From Methanobacteriota archaeon (GTDB lineage: Archaea > Thermoplasmatota > Poseidoniia > Poseidoniales > Poseidoniaceae), in contig JABJMO010000002.1 in NCBI GenBank assembly GCA_018659375.1, positions 76,373-140,372 on the forward strand: a stretch of 64,000 nucleotides of DNA. Direction: 5' to 3'. Made by a program: the position numbers and the translations under genes. The notes beneath the pieces were generated by a model. That model searched no databases, was not told where the DNA came from, and saw only the letters and a program-made list of their open reading frames with translations. This document shows, piece by piece, positions 56,020 to 64,000 of the stretch. Each line of letters opens with the position of its first letter. The stretch's first letter is position 1.

Positions 56020-58626
56020 TCAGGCATATAAAAAAGGCATAATAAGTTCATAATTCTCAGCGCTCAAAATCTCAGATAGCCTTGCTTTATCGGATTTTAA
56101 AATATCAGCGATTGAATCGAATCTGTCAAATAATTGAAGGCAAATTTCCAAATCTAAGTCAGTTATTTGACACAATATTGTTGCTTGCTTATTTATTCCA
56201 TCAGTATTCCACCTGGCTAACAAGGTGTGTGACTCATCACCTTGATTGACCATTGCTGCGATTTCTTGTGCAGCGTTGCTACAGTGCTTTTCAATGGCAC
56301 CATCTTCGATGCTTTGATACTTCACACAAGCGCGCATTTTCGTTGAAAAGTTTTGATTATTCCTAGCAATTAAAAATATCAAATGAGCAGATTCCATTGA
56401 GTCTTTTGTTGTCAAAATCGGCACGCCTAAGTCTAAACTAACATGTGCTAAAGCGCCGAGTACCGCGTTGGGGTGAACTGAATTGCCTATTTCTCCAAGT
56501 TCAATTAATAATATTGGCTGATTGGTAGATTGTCTCATTCTTTGGCACTGTTTGAACAATCTTTGATCAATTATTGAGGTTAGTAAGTCACGCGAAGTTT
56601 TCCGCTCAATTAGAATGTCCTTTGTTAACAAAATATCACCAGTTTCTAAGTTTTCAAATCTAACCGACATTCCAAGGCTGGTAAGATAGGCAGATAAAGT
56701 CGAAGACGCTTCCCGGTGATCAAGAACCACATTCATTTCAATGGTTTGAGATAAGGTTTGAATGACTTCATTAGTGGCTTTTATCGCAGATACTTCATGC
56801 TCTCTGGTAATCTTCTCAGTATTCTTTTCTTGAAAAAAGTCATCTAAGCCAGTCTGATTTCTCGGGCGCTTATCTTTTGGTGCAATAGCAGTTTGATTTA
56901 CCGGTGTATCGGGCTGTTCTATAGAATTTATATTAGTTTCATCTTTAATTATTTGATATTCAAGATTGAGTCGTTCTTGCTCAATTGTCAGGAATTTCTC
57001 GGCAGGAATTTGATTGTCTCCCAACTTGACTGCAAAACTCGATAGAACATCTCCAGAAGCTGGTTCGCGTAATGGGATTCGCCCCATTCGCTGTACTTCC
57101 TCAAGATTTTTGTACATACGTCGCTCTCTTACCTTAGCTGCATTGTTGACAAATTCATCCCTTGTGTTGCGCGCAATTAATGTCTTTACCGTACCCGAAC
57201 TCTGTCTAGCAGTACGTCCACGCCTTTGTATTGCTCTTATGGCGCTTGGCACCGGTTCATACATCAAAACGAGATCAGCAGATGGGACGTCCAATCCCTC
57301 TTCCCCAACAGATGTTGCAACCAGTACATTTACTTCTCCAGAGCGAAATTCTTCAAGTCTTGCCAATTGTTCTTTCTGCGTCATACCCTTTTGTTTTCCG
57401 CTAGTGGCTTGCCCAATAAATGGTGCTACCTTAACCTCATCAATATTTTTGAGTACTTGATTGAGATTTTGCACAGTGTATCTGTACTCTGTAAATATGA
57501 GAATACGTGAATTAGGATTTTCTTTCAACCTTTCAGTAATCATATCGCTTACTTGGGTGACCTTTGGGTGTATCTCGCCGAGTTTTTCAGCCGCCTTCCT
57601 GAAGTTGTGAATTACCGGTTTTGCAATGAATCGATTTGTCCCTCTGCCACCAGTTCTGCCTTCGTCTTCGGCTTTGTCGAGAAATAATGTTGCTGGTATT
57701 ACTCCTTGAGTCCTGAGCAAGTCTAGTAGCATGTGCATTCTGCGAACATCCGAAACTTTACGCGCAGCGTTGTAACCTCTAGCGTCTCTTCGACTAATTG
57801 CCCTGCTAACAGATTGCTGTGCATCGGTTATGATTTTTGAAGTGAGATTTTTTACTGGAGCCATAAAACCCATCCTCTGTAAGGTTTCAACTTCTGTTGA
57901 TTGATATTCTTGCAATGGGTAAATAAGTGTATTTAATGTGTCAGGAAGGTCGACTGGGACAATGTCGTTTTGTAAGTCGACAGCATATGGTTTTAGCATT
58001 ACTTCATCTCTTTTGGAGATGTCAAGCCTGTCGATTCCTAATCTTTTGGCAACCTCAAGTATCGATGATTTTGTAGTCCCAGGGCTGGCTGTAGCACCCA
58101 AAGTATAGCCATTAGGGTTGGCAGCAAGGAATAAGTCTCCAACTTGAGCGTAAGGATGATTTCCTGTGGCATGATGAGCCTCATCGAAAATTAACAACGC
58201 CACGTCACTTAAGGAAATAATGTTGTTAATTGCATCATTTCTAATCACTTGGGAAGTAGCCATCAAAATTTTACCTACATCCCACACTGAACGTCGCTTA
58301 CTTGGTGGTGTTTCACCGGTATATCTTACGATTGTCTCGGGATCTATGTTTAACATCTCTCGAGCCATTCTCTGTTGTTGATCGACTAATCCAGTAGTAG
58401 GCGCAATTAGAATTATTTTTTTGTCAGATAAACGGAGGGTCTCTGCCATGAGCATCCATTGTACTGCTGTTTTACCAAAACCTGTTGGCATTACCATCAA
58501 ACATGAAGATGTCAATGCGTTTTTTAGTGCCCTAATTTGATATCCCCTTGCTTCAACACCATCTTGTAAAAGCGGGTGTATCATCGTAGGCATCAAAGGT
58601 TCTTTTGGCCGAGGGTTCAAAAGCAT
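56020..58626 (-). CDS. hef: Hef helicase-nuclease (SF2 helicase plus ERCC4/XPF nuclease plus HhH2)
   Basis: PTGFGKT, DEAHH, QRRGRTAR, then the ERCC4 motif GDILL....ERKTSRDL and a C-terminal helix-hairpin-helix-like tail. Confidence 0.88.
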   Translation of the reverse strand: MLLNPRPKEPLMPTMIHPLLQDGVEARGYQIRALKNALTSSCLMVMPTGFGKTAVQWMLMAETLRLSDKKIILIAPTTGLVDQQQRMAREMLNIDPETIVRYTGETPPSKRRSVWDVGKILMATSQVIRNDAINNIISLSDVALLIFDEAHHATGNHPYAQVGDLFLAANPNGYTLGATASPGTTKSSILEVAKRLGIDRLDISKRDEVMLKPYAVDLQNDIVPVDLPDTLNTLIYPLQEYQSTEVETLQRMGFMAPVKNLTSKIITDAQQSVSRAISRRDARGYNAARKVSDVRRMHMLLDLLRTQGVIPATLFLDKAEDEGRTGGRGTNRFIAKPVIHNFRKAAEKLGEIHPKVTQVSDMITERLKENPNSRILIFTEYRYTVQNLNQVLKNIDEVKVAPFIGQATSGKQKGMTQKEQLARLEEFRSGEVNVLVATSVGEEGLDVPSADLVLMYEPVPSAIRAIQRRGRTARQSSGTVKTLIARNTRDEFVNNAAKVRERRMYKNLEEVQRMGRIPLREPASGDVLSSFAVKLGDNQIPAEKFLTIEQERLNLEYQIIKDETNINSIEQPDTPVNQTAIAPKDKRPRNQTGLDDFFQEKNTEKITREHEVSAIKATNEVIQTLSQTIEMNVVLDHREASSTLSAYLTSLGMSVRFENLETGDILLTKDILIERKTSRDLLTSIIDQRLFKQCQRMRQSTNQPILLIELGEIGNSVHPNAVLGALAHVSLDLGVPILTTKDSMESAHLIFLIARNNQNFSTKMRACVKYQSIEDGAIEKHCSNAAQEIAAMVNQGDESHTLLARWNTDGINKQATILCQITDLDLEICLQLFDRFDSIADILKSDKARLSEILSAENYELIMPFLYA

Positions 58627-58717
58627 GATGATTAAAATTAGTAGACATTAACCATTAAAAAACTATCATACCCATATACATAATCGATTGACAGAAAAGC
58701 AATACAGACCGAACCAC

Positions 58718-58727
58718 TCATATATGA
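58718..58727 (+). promoter_or_regulatory. palindromic TATA-box candidate TCATATATGA upstream of the rpl3 operon leader
   Basis: The only strong AT box in the hef-rpl3 intergenic region on this side. It would place a transcription start near 58748, at the beginning of the GC-rich element. Confidence 0.35.
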
Positions 58728-58749
58728 TTGGTAAGTCGGATGGTTGCTC

Positions 58750-58895
58750 AAAGGTGAGTAGCCAGACACAACGGGCCATCCCAGGAGGACCCCGATAGTC
58801 TTGTTCCGCATTCGTTGGAACGAGGCGCAGTGTCACGGCCACTCCTATCTGGAGAGCCCTCGTACGCCCTCTCGGTGGGGCCCCTGCGCTGTAAC
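58750..58895. other. GC-rich structured-RNA candidate (5' leader of the r-protein operon or an independent small RNA), identity unknown
   Basis: Hand counts give about 58% G+C for 58801-58860 and about 77% for 58861-58890, against roughly 40% counted in a coding line elsewhere in the window (25921-25980). Helices seen: 58798-58807/58817-58826 (10 bp with G-U pairs) or alternatively GCGCAG 58825-30 with CTGCGC 58884-89, GGCC 58837-40 with GGCC 58879-82, and GAGAG 58852-56 with CTCTC 58869-73. Confidence 0.35.
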
Positions 58896-58915
58896 AAAAT
58901 AATGGAGGAATCCCA

Positions 58916-59935
58916 ATGGCGAAAAGAAGTCACCCACGAAGAGGTTCGATGGCGTTTAGTCCGCGTAAGCGTGCCAAGCGTCCTTTCGGACACGTCAAGT
59001 CGTGGCCAAAAACCGAAGCGAGCGAAGTTAGAATACAAGGATTTGCTGGATGGAAAGCCGGCATGACGCATATTCTAGCTCGTGATTTAAACCCAAGAAG
59101 CCCAGCAGCCGGACAGGAAGCAAGAATTCCAGTCACTGTTGTAGAATGCCCAAAGATGAGAATCTTAGGCGTTCGTGGATATCAGATGACTCCCTATGGC
59201 AAGCAAGCTATTGGTGAGGCATGGGCTGATGCTGGAATGATTGCTGAGGCTTTTAGCGATCTATTCAAGAAACTGCCTCAACGCAAAGAGCATGATGCTG
59301 AGAAACATTTCGAAAATCTAGAAAATGCAGACTTGTGCGAAGTGAGACTAATAGTCGCTACTCAACCAAGTCAAATTTCAGGAATACCAACTAAGGTCCC
59401 CGATGTAATGGAAGTAGGTCTGGATGGTGGAAACTCCAGCGAACAACTAAACTATGCTAAGGCAAAGTTTGGTGAAGAATTTTCATTTGCTGATTGTTTC
59501 GAAGAAGGAATCCTTACCGATATCGTAGCTGTAACCAAAGGATACGGATGGCAGGGTGTAATCAAGCGGTTTGGCGGTAAACTTCAATCTCACAAGAACT
59601 CAAAGAAGCGCAGGCAACACGGAAACATGGGTGACTTCGGTACAGGATATGTAAGAAAGACAATCCGACAAGGTGGTCAAACAGGTTACCATCAAAGAAC
59701 CGAATACAACAAGAGAATTATGAGAGTTGCTAACCCAGAAGAACATGCAATAACTCCATCAGGTGGATTTTTGCACTATGGTGAAGTGAATTCAGACTAC
59801 ATCTTGGTCAAAGGTAGCGTGCCTGGGCCGTCAAAGCGTTTGATTAGATTCAGAGATGCTACTAGAGGTAGTGACAGAACTCTTCATGATTATGAAATCA
59901 CGTACGTAAGTACAGCATCCAAGCAGGGGGCCTGA
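58916..59935 (+). CDS. rpl3: 50S ribosomal protein L3
   Basis: MAKRSHPRRGSMAFSPRKRA N-terminus typical of archaeal L3. GGAGG lies 7 nt upstream. First gene of the conserved operon. Confidence 0.95.
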   Translation: MAKRSHPRRGSMAFSPRKRAKRPFGHVKSWPKTEASEVRIQGFAGWKAGMTHILARDLNPRSPAAGQEARIPVTVVECPKMRILGVRGYQMTPYGKQAIGEAWADAGMIAEAFSDLFKKLPQRKEHDAEKHFENLENADLCEVRLIVATQPSQISGIPTKVPDVMEVGLDGGNSSEQLNYAKAKFGEEFSFADCFEEGILTDIVAVTKGYGWQGVIKRFGGKLQSHKNSKKRRQHGNMGDFGTGYVRKTIRQGGQTGYHQRTEYNKRIMRVANPEEHAITPSGGFLHYGEVNSDYILVKGSVPGPSKRLIRFRDATRGSDRTLHDYEITYVSTASKQGA

Positions 59936-59937
59936 AG

Positions 59938-60819
59938 ATGAAAGTTGCAGTAAAAGATATTACCAACACAATCAGTGCTGATGAACTAGATGCAGGTAGG
60001 CTCCAAGATACTTTTGAGATCTCAGTCTCAGACGGGTCAAAGATTGCATTACCTGACTCATTTGCTACTCCACTTCGTGAGGATTTAGTGAAACTAGCAG
60101 TAGCTTCTAGCCGAGCAAATCGCAGACAACCATACGGTTCAAGGCCACATGGCGGAAAAAGAAAACCAATGGCTGGTATGAAGCACTCCGTCGAATGGTG
60201 GGGTAAGGGGAGAGGTGTCTCAAGAATTATGAGGCGAACTGGTCAAAAGAGAGCAGCACAAAACCCTCACACACTTGGTGGTAGAAGAGCCCATGGACCT
60301 AAGGTCGAAAAGATATGGGCCCGTAAATTAAATCAAAAAGAACGAAGACTAGCAAGAGATACCGCACTCAGGGCAACCACTGACCTGGAAATGGTAAGTT
60401 CACGCGGTCACCAAATTTCAGAAGAAGTATCTTCTTTACCTATTATACTAGGTAATTATGTTGAAGTTAGAGACGGCAAGAAAGAAGAGTTTGACTTTGA
60501 ATCATTCAACCATGGCTCGGCAACTCGTAAGGTTCTAGCAATCTTTGACGGACTTGGTCTTGGTGATGACTTGCAAAGAGCAAGAGATGGAAGAAAAATT
60601 CGTGCTGGAAAGGCGACAATGAGAGGGAGAGTCCACAAGACTCCTAAATCTATACTACTTGTTGTTAAGGAAAAATCAGGATTAGCACAAGCAGCTAGAA
60701 ATCTACCAGGTGTAGATGTAGTTGCTGCTAAGGATCTAAACGCTGAAGACCTGGCGCCAGGTGGCGCACTTGGTCGTTTGACAGTGTTTACTAAATCCGC
60801 TGTGGAGGAACTCAATTGA
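59938..60819 (+). CDS. rpl4: 50S ribosomal protein L4
   Basis: Position after L3. RRQPYG, WG.GRGVSR and GGRRAHGPK blocks. Confidence 0.92.
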   Translation: MKVAVKDITNTISADELDAGRLQDTFEISVSDGSKIALPDSFATPLREDLVKLAVASSRANRRQPYGSRPHGGKRKPMAGMKHSVEWWGKGRGVSRIMRRTGQKRAAQNPHTLGGRRAHGPKVEKIWARKLNQKERRLARDTALRATTDLEMVSSRGHQISEEVSSLPIILGNYVEVRDGKKEEFDFESFNHGSATRKVLAIFDGLGLGDDLQRARDGRKIRAGKATMRGRVHKTPKSILLVVKEKSGLAQAARNLPGVDVVAAKDLNAEDLAPGGALGRLTVFTKSAVEELN

Positions 60820-60829
60820 GGTGTTTACT

Positions 60830-61087
60830 ATGAATGCATACGATATAATCATACAACCATGGCTTACTGAAAAATCCATGGAAGCTAGATCAACTCAACA
60901 AAGACTTGAGTTCATCGTCAGAAGAAGTGCATCAAAGGATGAAATTGCTAAAGCAGTTGAAACAATCTTTGATGTTGAAGTAGCGAAAGTTAATGTTAGA
61001 AACAGCAAGCATGGAAAACATGCTTCAGTAAAACTGGCCGAAGGCCATGACGCAGAAGACGCAGCAATGCGCTTAGGAGCATTCTGA
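60830..61087 (+). CDS. rpl23: 50S ribosomal protein L23
   Basis: MNAYDIIIQPWLTEKSM... with GAGGTG 6 nt upstream of ATG 60830. The track start at 60821 would lie inside this Shine-Dalgarno element. Confidence 0.92.
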   Translation: MNAYDIIIQPWLTEKSMEARSTQQRLEFIVRRSASKDEIAKAVETIFDVEVAKVNVRNSKHGKHASVKLAEGHDAEDAAMRLGAF

Positions 61088-61096
61088 GGTGATATA

Positions 61097-61813
61097 ATGG
61101 GTAAGAGAATACGCGCACAGAGAAAAGGTTCCTCGCCAAGGTACCGTGTAAGAAGCCATAGATTTCCTGGATCAAACAGAATGCCTCGTGAAAACGACAT
61201 CGTTGGTGAAGTAACTGAACTAATTCATAGTCCAGTTCACTCTGCTCCGCTAGCTAGACTCAAGTTACCTGATGGCGATACCACGTTAGTGGTCGCAACA
61301 GAAGGTCTTTCTGTTGGTAGTAACGTAGCAGTCGGCAACAATGTTTCGCTAAGGCCTGGTAACATTACTAGTATTGGTAACATACCAGAAGGTACAGCAA
61401 TTAACAATCTTGAACTAAGACCTGGTGATGGTGGCAAAGTTGCCCGTTCAGCAGGAAACTCATGTTATGTTGAAGCCAAAATCGGTGAGAAAGTTCGTAT
61501 CAGAATGCCGTCAGGATCACTCAAAGAATTGCCAGCAAACTGCCGTGCAACTATTGGTGTTCTTGCAGGACATGGAAGAGATGAGATGCCTCTAAGAACT
61601 GCTGGTGCTGCATATTACAAGGCAAAGGCAAGAGGAAAATTATTCCCGCATGTTAGCGGTGTTGCAATGAATCCAGTTGACCACCCTCACGGTGGAGGAA
61701 ATCATCAGGCTGTCCACGGACCAAATTCGGTTGCCCGTGGAACTCCACCTGGTGCTAAGGTTGGTATCATTGCGCCAAGAAGAACCGGTAGAGGCCGTGG
61801 AAAGAAAGTTTGA
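61097..61813 (+). CDS. rpl2: 50S ribosomal protein L2
   Basis: MGKRIRAQRKG..., GNIPEGT and VAMNPVDHPHGGG motifs. Confidence 0.95.
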   Translation: MGKRIRAQRKGSSPRYRVRSHRFPGSNRMPRENDIVGEVTELIHSPVHSAPLARLKLPDGDTTLVVATEGLSVGSNVAVGNNVSLRPGNITSIGNIPEGTAINNLELRPGDGGKVARSAGNSCYVEAKIGEKVRIRMPSGSLKELPANCRATIGVLAGHGRDEMPLRTAGAAYYKAKARGKLFPHVSGVAMNPVDHPHGGGNHQAVHGPNSVARGTPPGAKVGIIAPRRTGRGRGKKV

Positions 61814-61824
61814 GGTGATTATGT

Positions 61825-62316
61825 ATGGCAAGAAAGAATAAGAAGTCCTTTATGACCCCAAAGGCCAGTAGAAGAAAAGCAAGAAAGCGCTTGTCTACCA
61901 CAACTGGCCGTGTTAAGAAAGAATTTACCTACCGTGGATACACCATGGAAGAATTATCACAAATGGAACTTTGGCCATCTGAAGGTTCCGACAATTCAAT
62001 CATAGAATTGTTACCTTCAAGAGCTAGAAGATCCATAGGCCGTGGTATGTCTGTAGAAAACGAACATTTCCTTGACCGAACAAGAAGAAACAGTTCAATA
62101 ACTGTAAGAACACATAGAAGAGATATGCCAATTCTACCAGAATTTGTAGGTCGAAGAATCGCAATTCATAACGGGCAACATTTCATCGAACTTGATGTCA
62201 AGCCAGAAATGATTGGACATTATCTTGGTGAATTTGCTCTAAGCAGAAAGAATGTGGCCCACAGTGGCCCAGGTGTAGGTGCTACCCGTTCATCAAAGCA
62301 CGTAGCATTGAAGTGA
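61825..62316 (+). CDS. rps19: 30S ribosomal protein S19 (with about 27-aa basic N-terminal extension)
   Basis: KKEFTYRGYTMEELSQM... and GQHFIELDVKPEMIGHYLGEF core. Operon position. Confidence 0.9.
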   Translation: MARKNKKSFMTPKASRRKARKRLSTTTGRVKKEFTYRGYTMEELSQMELWPSEGSDNSIIELLPSRARRSIGRGMSVENEHFLDRTRRNSSITVRTHRRDMPILPEFVGRRIAIHNGQHFIELDVKPEMIGHYLGEFALSRKNVAHSGPGVGATRSSKHVALK

Positions 62317-62326
62317 GGTGAGAAAT

Positions 62327-62923
62327 ATGGCAAAGCAAAGACAAATGGATCGCAGAACCAAGAGGAGACAACTTCCTCAGAAAGGTTTCACTCAACTATT
62401 ACAAGGAAGTAGAATTGCTTCAGCAAGGGCAGTCAATGTGGACATGCACGTAAAACACTGTTTTGAAGTGTGCAGAGCAGTCAAGAATATGACTGCTGGA
62501 AGCGCAATTGATTATCTAAACGAAGTCTTGAGAATTGACTCAGACAGGGCAGACATTAGAAGAAAAGCAGTAGCAGTACCTTTCAGATTAGGCAGTGGAA
62601 ACAAGAAACGCAAGCGAAGTGGGCCTTCAATGGTCGGTCATCGAAAAGGTGGCGTTGGGCCAGGTAGATATCCAGTAAAGGCATCAAAAGCAATAATTAA
62701 ATTGATTCAAAGTGCTATGGACAATGCTCGACACCAATACGAAGATATTGATGCTGAAGAGATGGAAATCACTCACATTGCTGCACACAGAGGCCAAATT
62801 CGTCGTGGATGGATCCCTCGTGCTAGAGGCCGTGCAACACCATCGAACCACTACCAAGTCAATTTGGAAATATTCCTAGAAGACTTCAACACAGTTGAAG
62901 ACGAATTGGAGGATGAATTCTGA
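62327..62923 (+). CDS. rpl22: 50S ribosomal protein L22 (acidic C-terminal tail)
   Basis: ATG 62327 lies 5 nt after GAGGTGA. VGHRKG...GRYPVKA and AHRG blocks. Operon position. Confidence 0.9.
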   Translation: MAKQRQMDRRTKRRQLPQKGFTQLLQGSRIASARAVNVDMHVKHCFEVCRAVKNMTAGSAIDYLNEVLRIDSDRADIRRKAVAVPFRLGSGNKKRKRSGPSMVGHRKGGVGPGRYPVKASKAIIKLIQSAMDNARHQYEDIDAEEMEITHIAAHRGQIRRGWIPRARGRATPSNHYQVNLEIFLEDFNTVEDELEDEF

Positions 62924-62933
62924 GGTGAATATC

Positions 62934-63608
62934 ATGGCTGGAAAACAAAGTGTACTTAGAACAATCGTCAACAGAAATGTTGAGAGACAACTGGTCAAGG
63001 AATTCTTGATGGAAAATACCAAATCAGCAGGATTTGGTGGATTAACCATCAGCAGGACTCCTAGTGGTACTAGTGTAGAGATTAGAGCAGAAAAGCCGGG
63101 AAGAATAATCGGTAAGCGAGGAAAAATAATCAACGAACTCCAAAAGAGGTTGAATGATGAATTTGAATTGTATAATCCAAGGCTTTCAGTTGAAGAAGTA
63201 GAAGATCCGACTCTAAACGCTCAAGTCATGGCACAGAAAATCGCCTCTGCTCTTGAGCGTGGATGGTATTACCGAAGAGCCGGCGCATCCGCCGCGGTCA
63301 ACGTTATGGAAAAGGGTGCTAGAGGAGTAATTGTCACTGTAGCTGGTAAACTAACAGGTGCTAGAAACCGAACCCAGAAATTTATTCTTGGCCACGTAAA
63401 GTATTGCGGTGAAACCGCATTACAATTCATGGACAGAGGCTATGCAGTTGCTGTCAAGAAGTTGGGAACAATTGGTGTGACTGTACAAATCATGCGTAAA
63501 GGAACTAAATTGCCACACGAAATAGCGGTCTTTTCAGAGGAAGAACTCCGTATAAGAGCTGAATCTGAAACCACAGAAGTTGAAATTGTCGAGGAGGCTA
63601 GTAAATGA
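62934..63608 (+). CDS. rps3: 30S ribosomal protein S3
   Basis: ATG 62934 lies 5 nt after GAGGTGA. KH-domain segment KPGRIIGKRGKIINEL. Operon position. Confidence 0.93.
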   Translation: MAGKQSVLRTIVNRNVERQLVKEFLMENTKSAGFGGLTISRTPSGTSVEIRAEKPGRIIGKRGKIINELQKRLNDEFELYNPRLSVEEVEDPTLNAQVMAQKIASALERGWYYRRAGASAAVNVMEKGARGVIVTVAGKLTGARNRTQKFILGHVKYCGETALQFMDRGYAVAVKKLGTIGVTVQIMRKGTKLPHEIAVFSEEELRIRAESETTEVEIVEEASK

Positions 63609-63799
63609 GCTACGTATCCAACAGAGAGATCGCAGCCATGAGCGCTGAAGCAAGAGATGCCCGCCTTCTTGAACTTCAAGAAGAACTTCTACAACTTCGT
63701 GCGGAGAAATCACTAGGTGGTACTCCTGCAAGTATTGGTGCTTACAAAGCAACCAGAAGAAGTATTGCTCGACTAAAGACGCACATGAATAACAACTGA
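63605..63799 (+). CDS. rpl29: 50S ribosomal protein L29
   Basis: ATGA overlap with the S3 stop. LQEELLQLRAEK coiled-coil motif. 64 aa. Confidence 0.92.
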   Translation: MSYVSNREIAAMSAEARDARLLELQEELLQLRAEKSLGGTPASIGAYKATRRSIARLKTHMNNN

Positions 63800-63838
63800 A
63801 TAATAACGTAACAACAACGGGAAGGAGACTGAAAACAA

Positions 63839-64000
63839 ATGAGCGGAATCTGTAATGTTTGTGGATTACCAGATGAGTTATGTATATGCCAGGAGATTGC
63901 AAAAGAACAACAATGCGCAATTTTGTCAACAGATAGAAGAAGATACGGAAAAATAGTAACAAAAGTAGAGGGTTTGGAGGATTCAGCGATAGATATCAAT
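63839..64000 (+). CDS. translation initiation factor SUI1/aIF1 (5' part, continues beyond the window)
   Basis: ATG 63839 lies after [30 protein letters not shown]...[14 protein letters not shown] is the zinc-knuckle plus SUI1 core that typically follows L29 in euryarchaeal operons. Confidence 0.85.
   Translation, partial: MSGICNVCGLPDELCICQEIAKEQQCAILSTDRRRYGKIVTKVEGLEDSAIDIN

Noticed and set aside
58735-58900. Assigning the GC-rich element to SRP RNA, RNase P RNA, 5S rRNA or a tRNA
   Set aside because: It is too short for archaeal SRP or RNase P RNA. Their universal motifs (GGAA/AGCA helix 8, GAGGAAAGUCC) are absent on both strands, and there is no 5S or cloverleaf fold. It is left as unidentified.
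58748-59071. Track ORFs 58748-59071(-) and 58815-59066(+)
   Set aside because: They are open only because the region is GC-rich. They overlap the well-supported rpl3 start and give Arg/Ser/Gly-rich nonsense translations.
1-64000. Remaining short antisense or embedded track ORFs (about 60-200 aa) inside the long genes
   Set aside because: Each lies within, and usually opposite to, a longer ORF with clear family motifs. Their translations are low-complexity or hydrophobic mirror images with no recognisable domains.

Overview
AT-rich, gene-dense chromosomal segment of an archaeon. The evidence is the archaeal ribosomal-protein operon L3-L4-L23-L2-S19-L22-S3-L29-SUI1 (58.9-64 kb), a thermosome, PriS primase, full-length Hef, archaeal-type TIM and TyrRS, L37e and L41e, and an intron-containing tRNA-Trp. 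The metabolic and surface genes fit a planktonic heterotrophic euryarchaeote of the Thermoplasmatota / Marine Group II-III type: ETF, glutaryl-CoA dehydrogenase, P5C dehydrogenase, succinyl-CoA synthetase, a secreted subtilisin, giant surface proteins and an FeS-BCP photolyase. That placement is inference only. I saw no rRNA, CRISPR array, transposase or integrase. Three real genes are missing from or mis-framed in the ORF track: L37e (265-444), L41e (42036-42143) and a possible 37-aa zinc-ribbon ORF (22739-22852). Three tRNAs were found by hand folding. Findings ranked by interest: (1) A two-gene cassette at 52987-56012. It encodes a tandem-flavodoxin fusion to a full-length SdhB/FrdB-like protein that has lost almost all Fe-S cysteine ligands. 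It is followed by an HdrB/SdhE-like CCG-domain protein that has also lost its cysteine signatures. This could be an iron-free, flavin-based electron-transfer module. (2) A protein with three Tudor/Agenet-like modules plus an EF-hand-like pair (37154-38404). (3) A 110-nt tRNA-Trp intron carrying a box C/D guide with 12-nt spacers. The N+5 rule places its targets on C34 and U39 of its own tRNA. (4) A zinc-ribbon, Q/N-rich, RGG/PPGG-repeat protein translationally coupled to a 927-aa SF2 helicase (13037-17191). (5) A strongly GC-rich, unidentified structured element just upstream of rpl3 (about 58750-58895). All family assignments come from motif recognition by eye. No database search was run.
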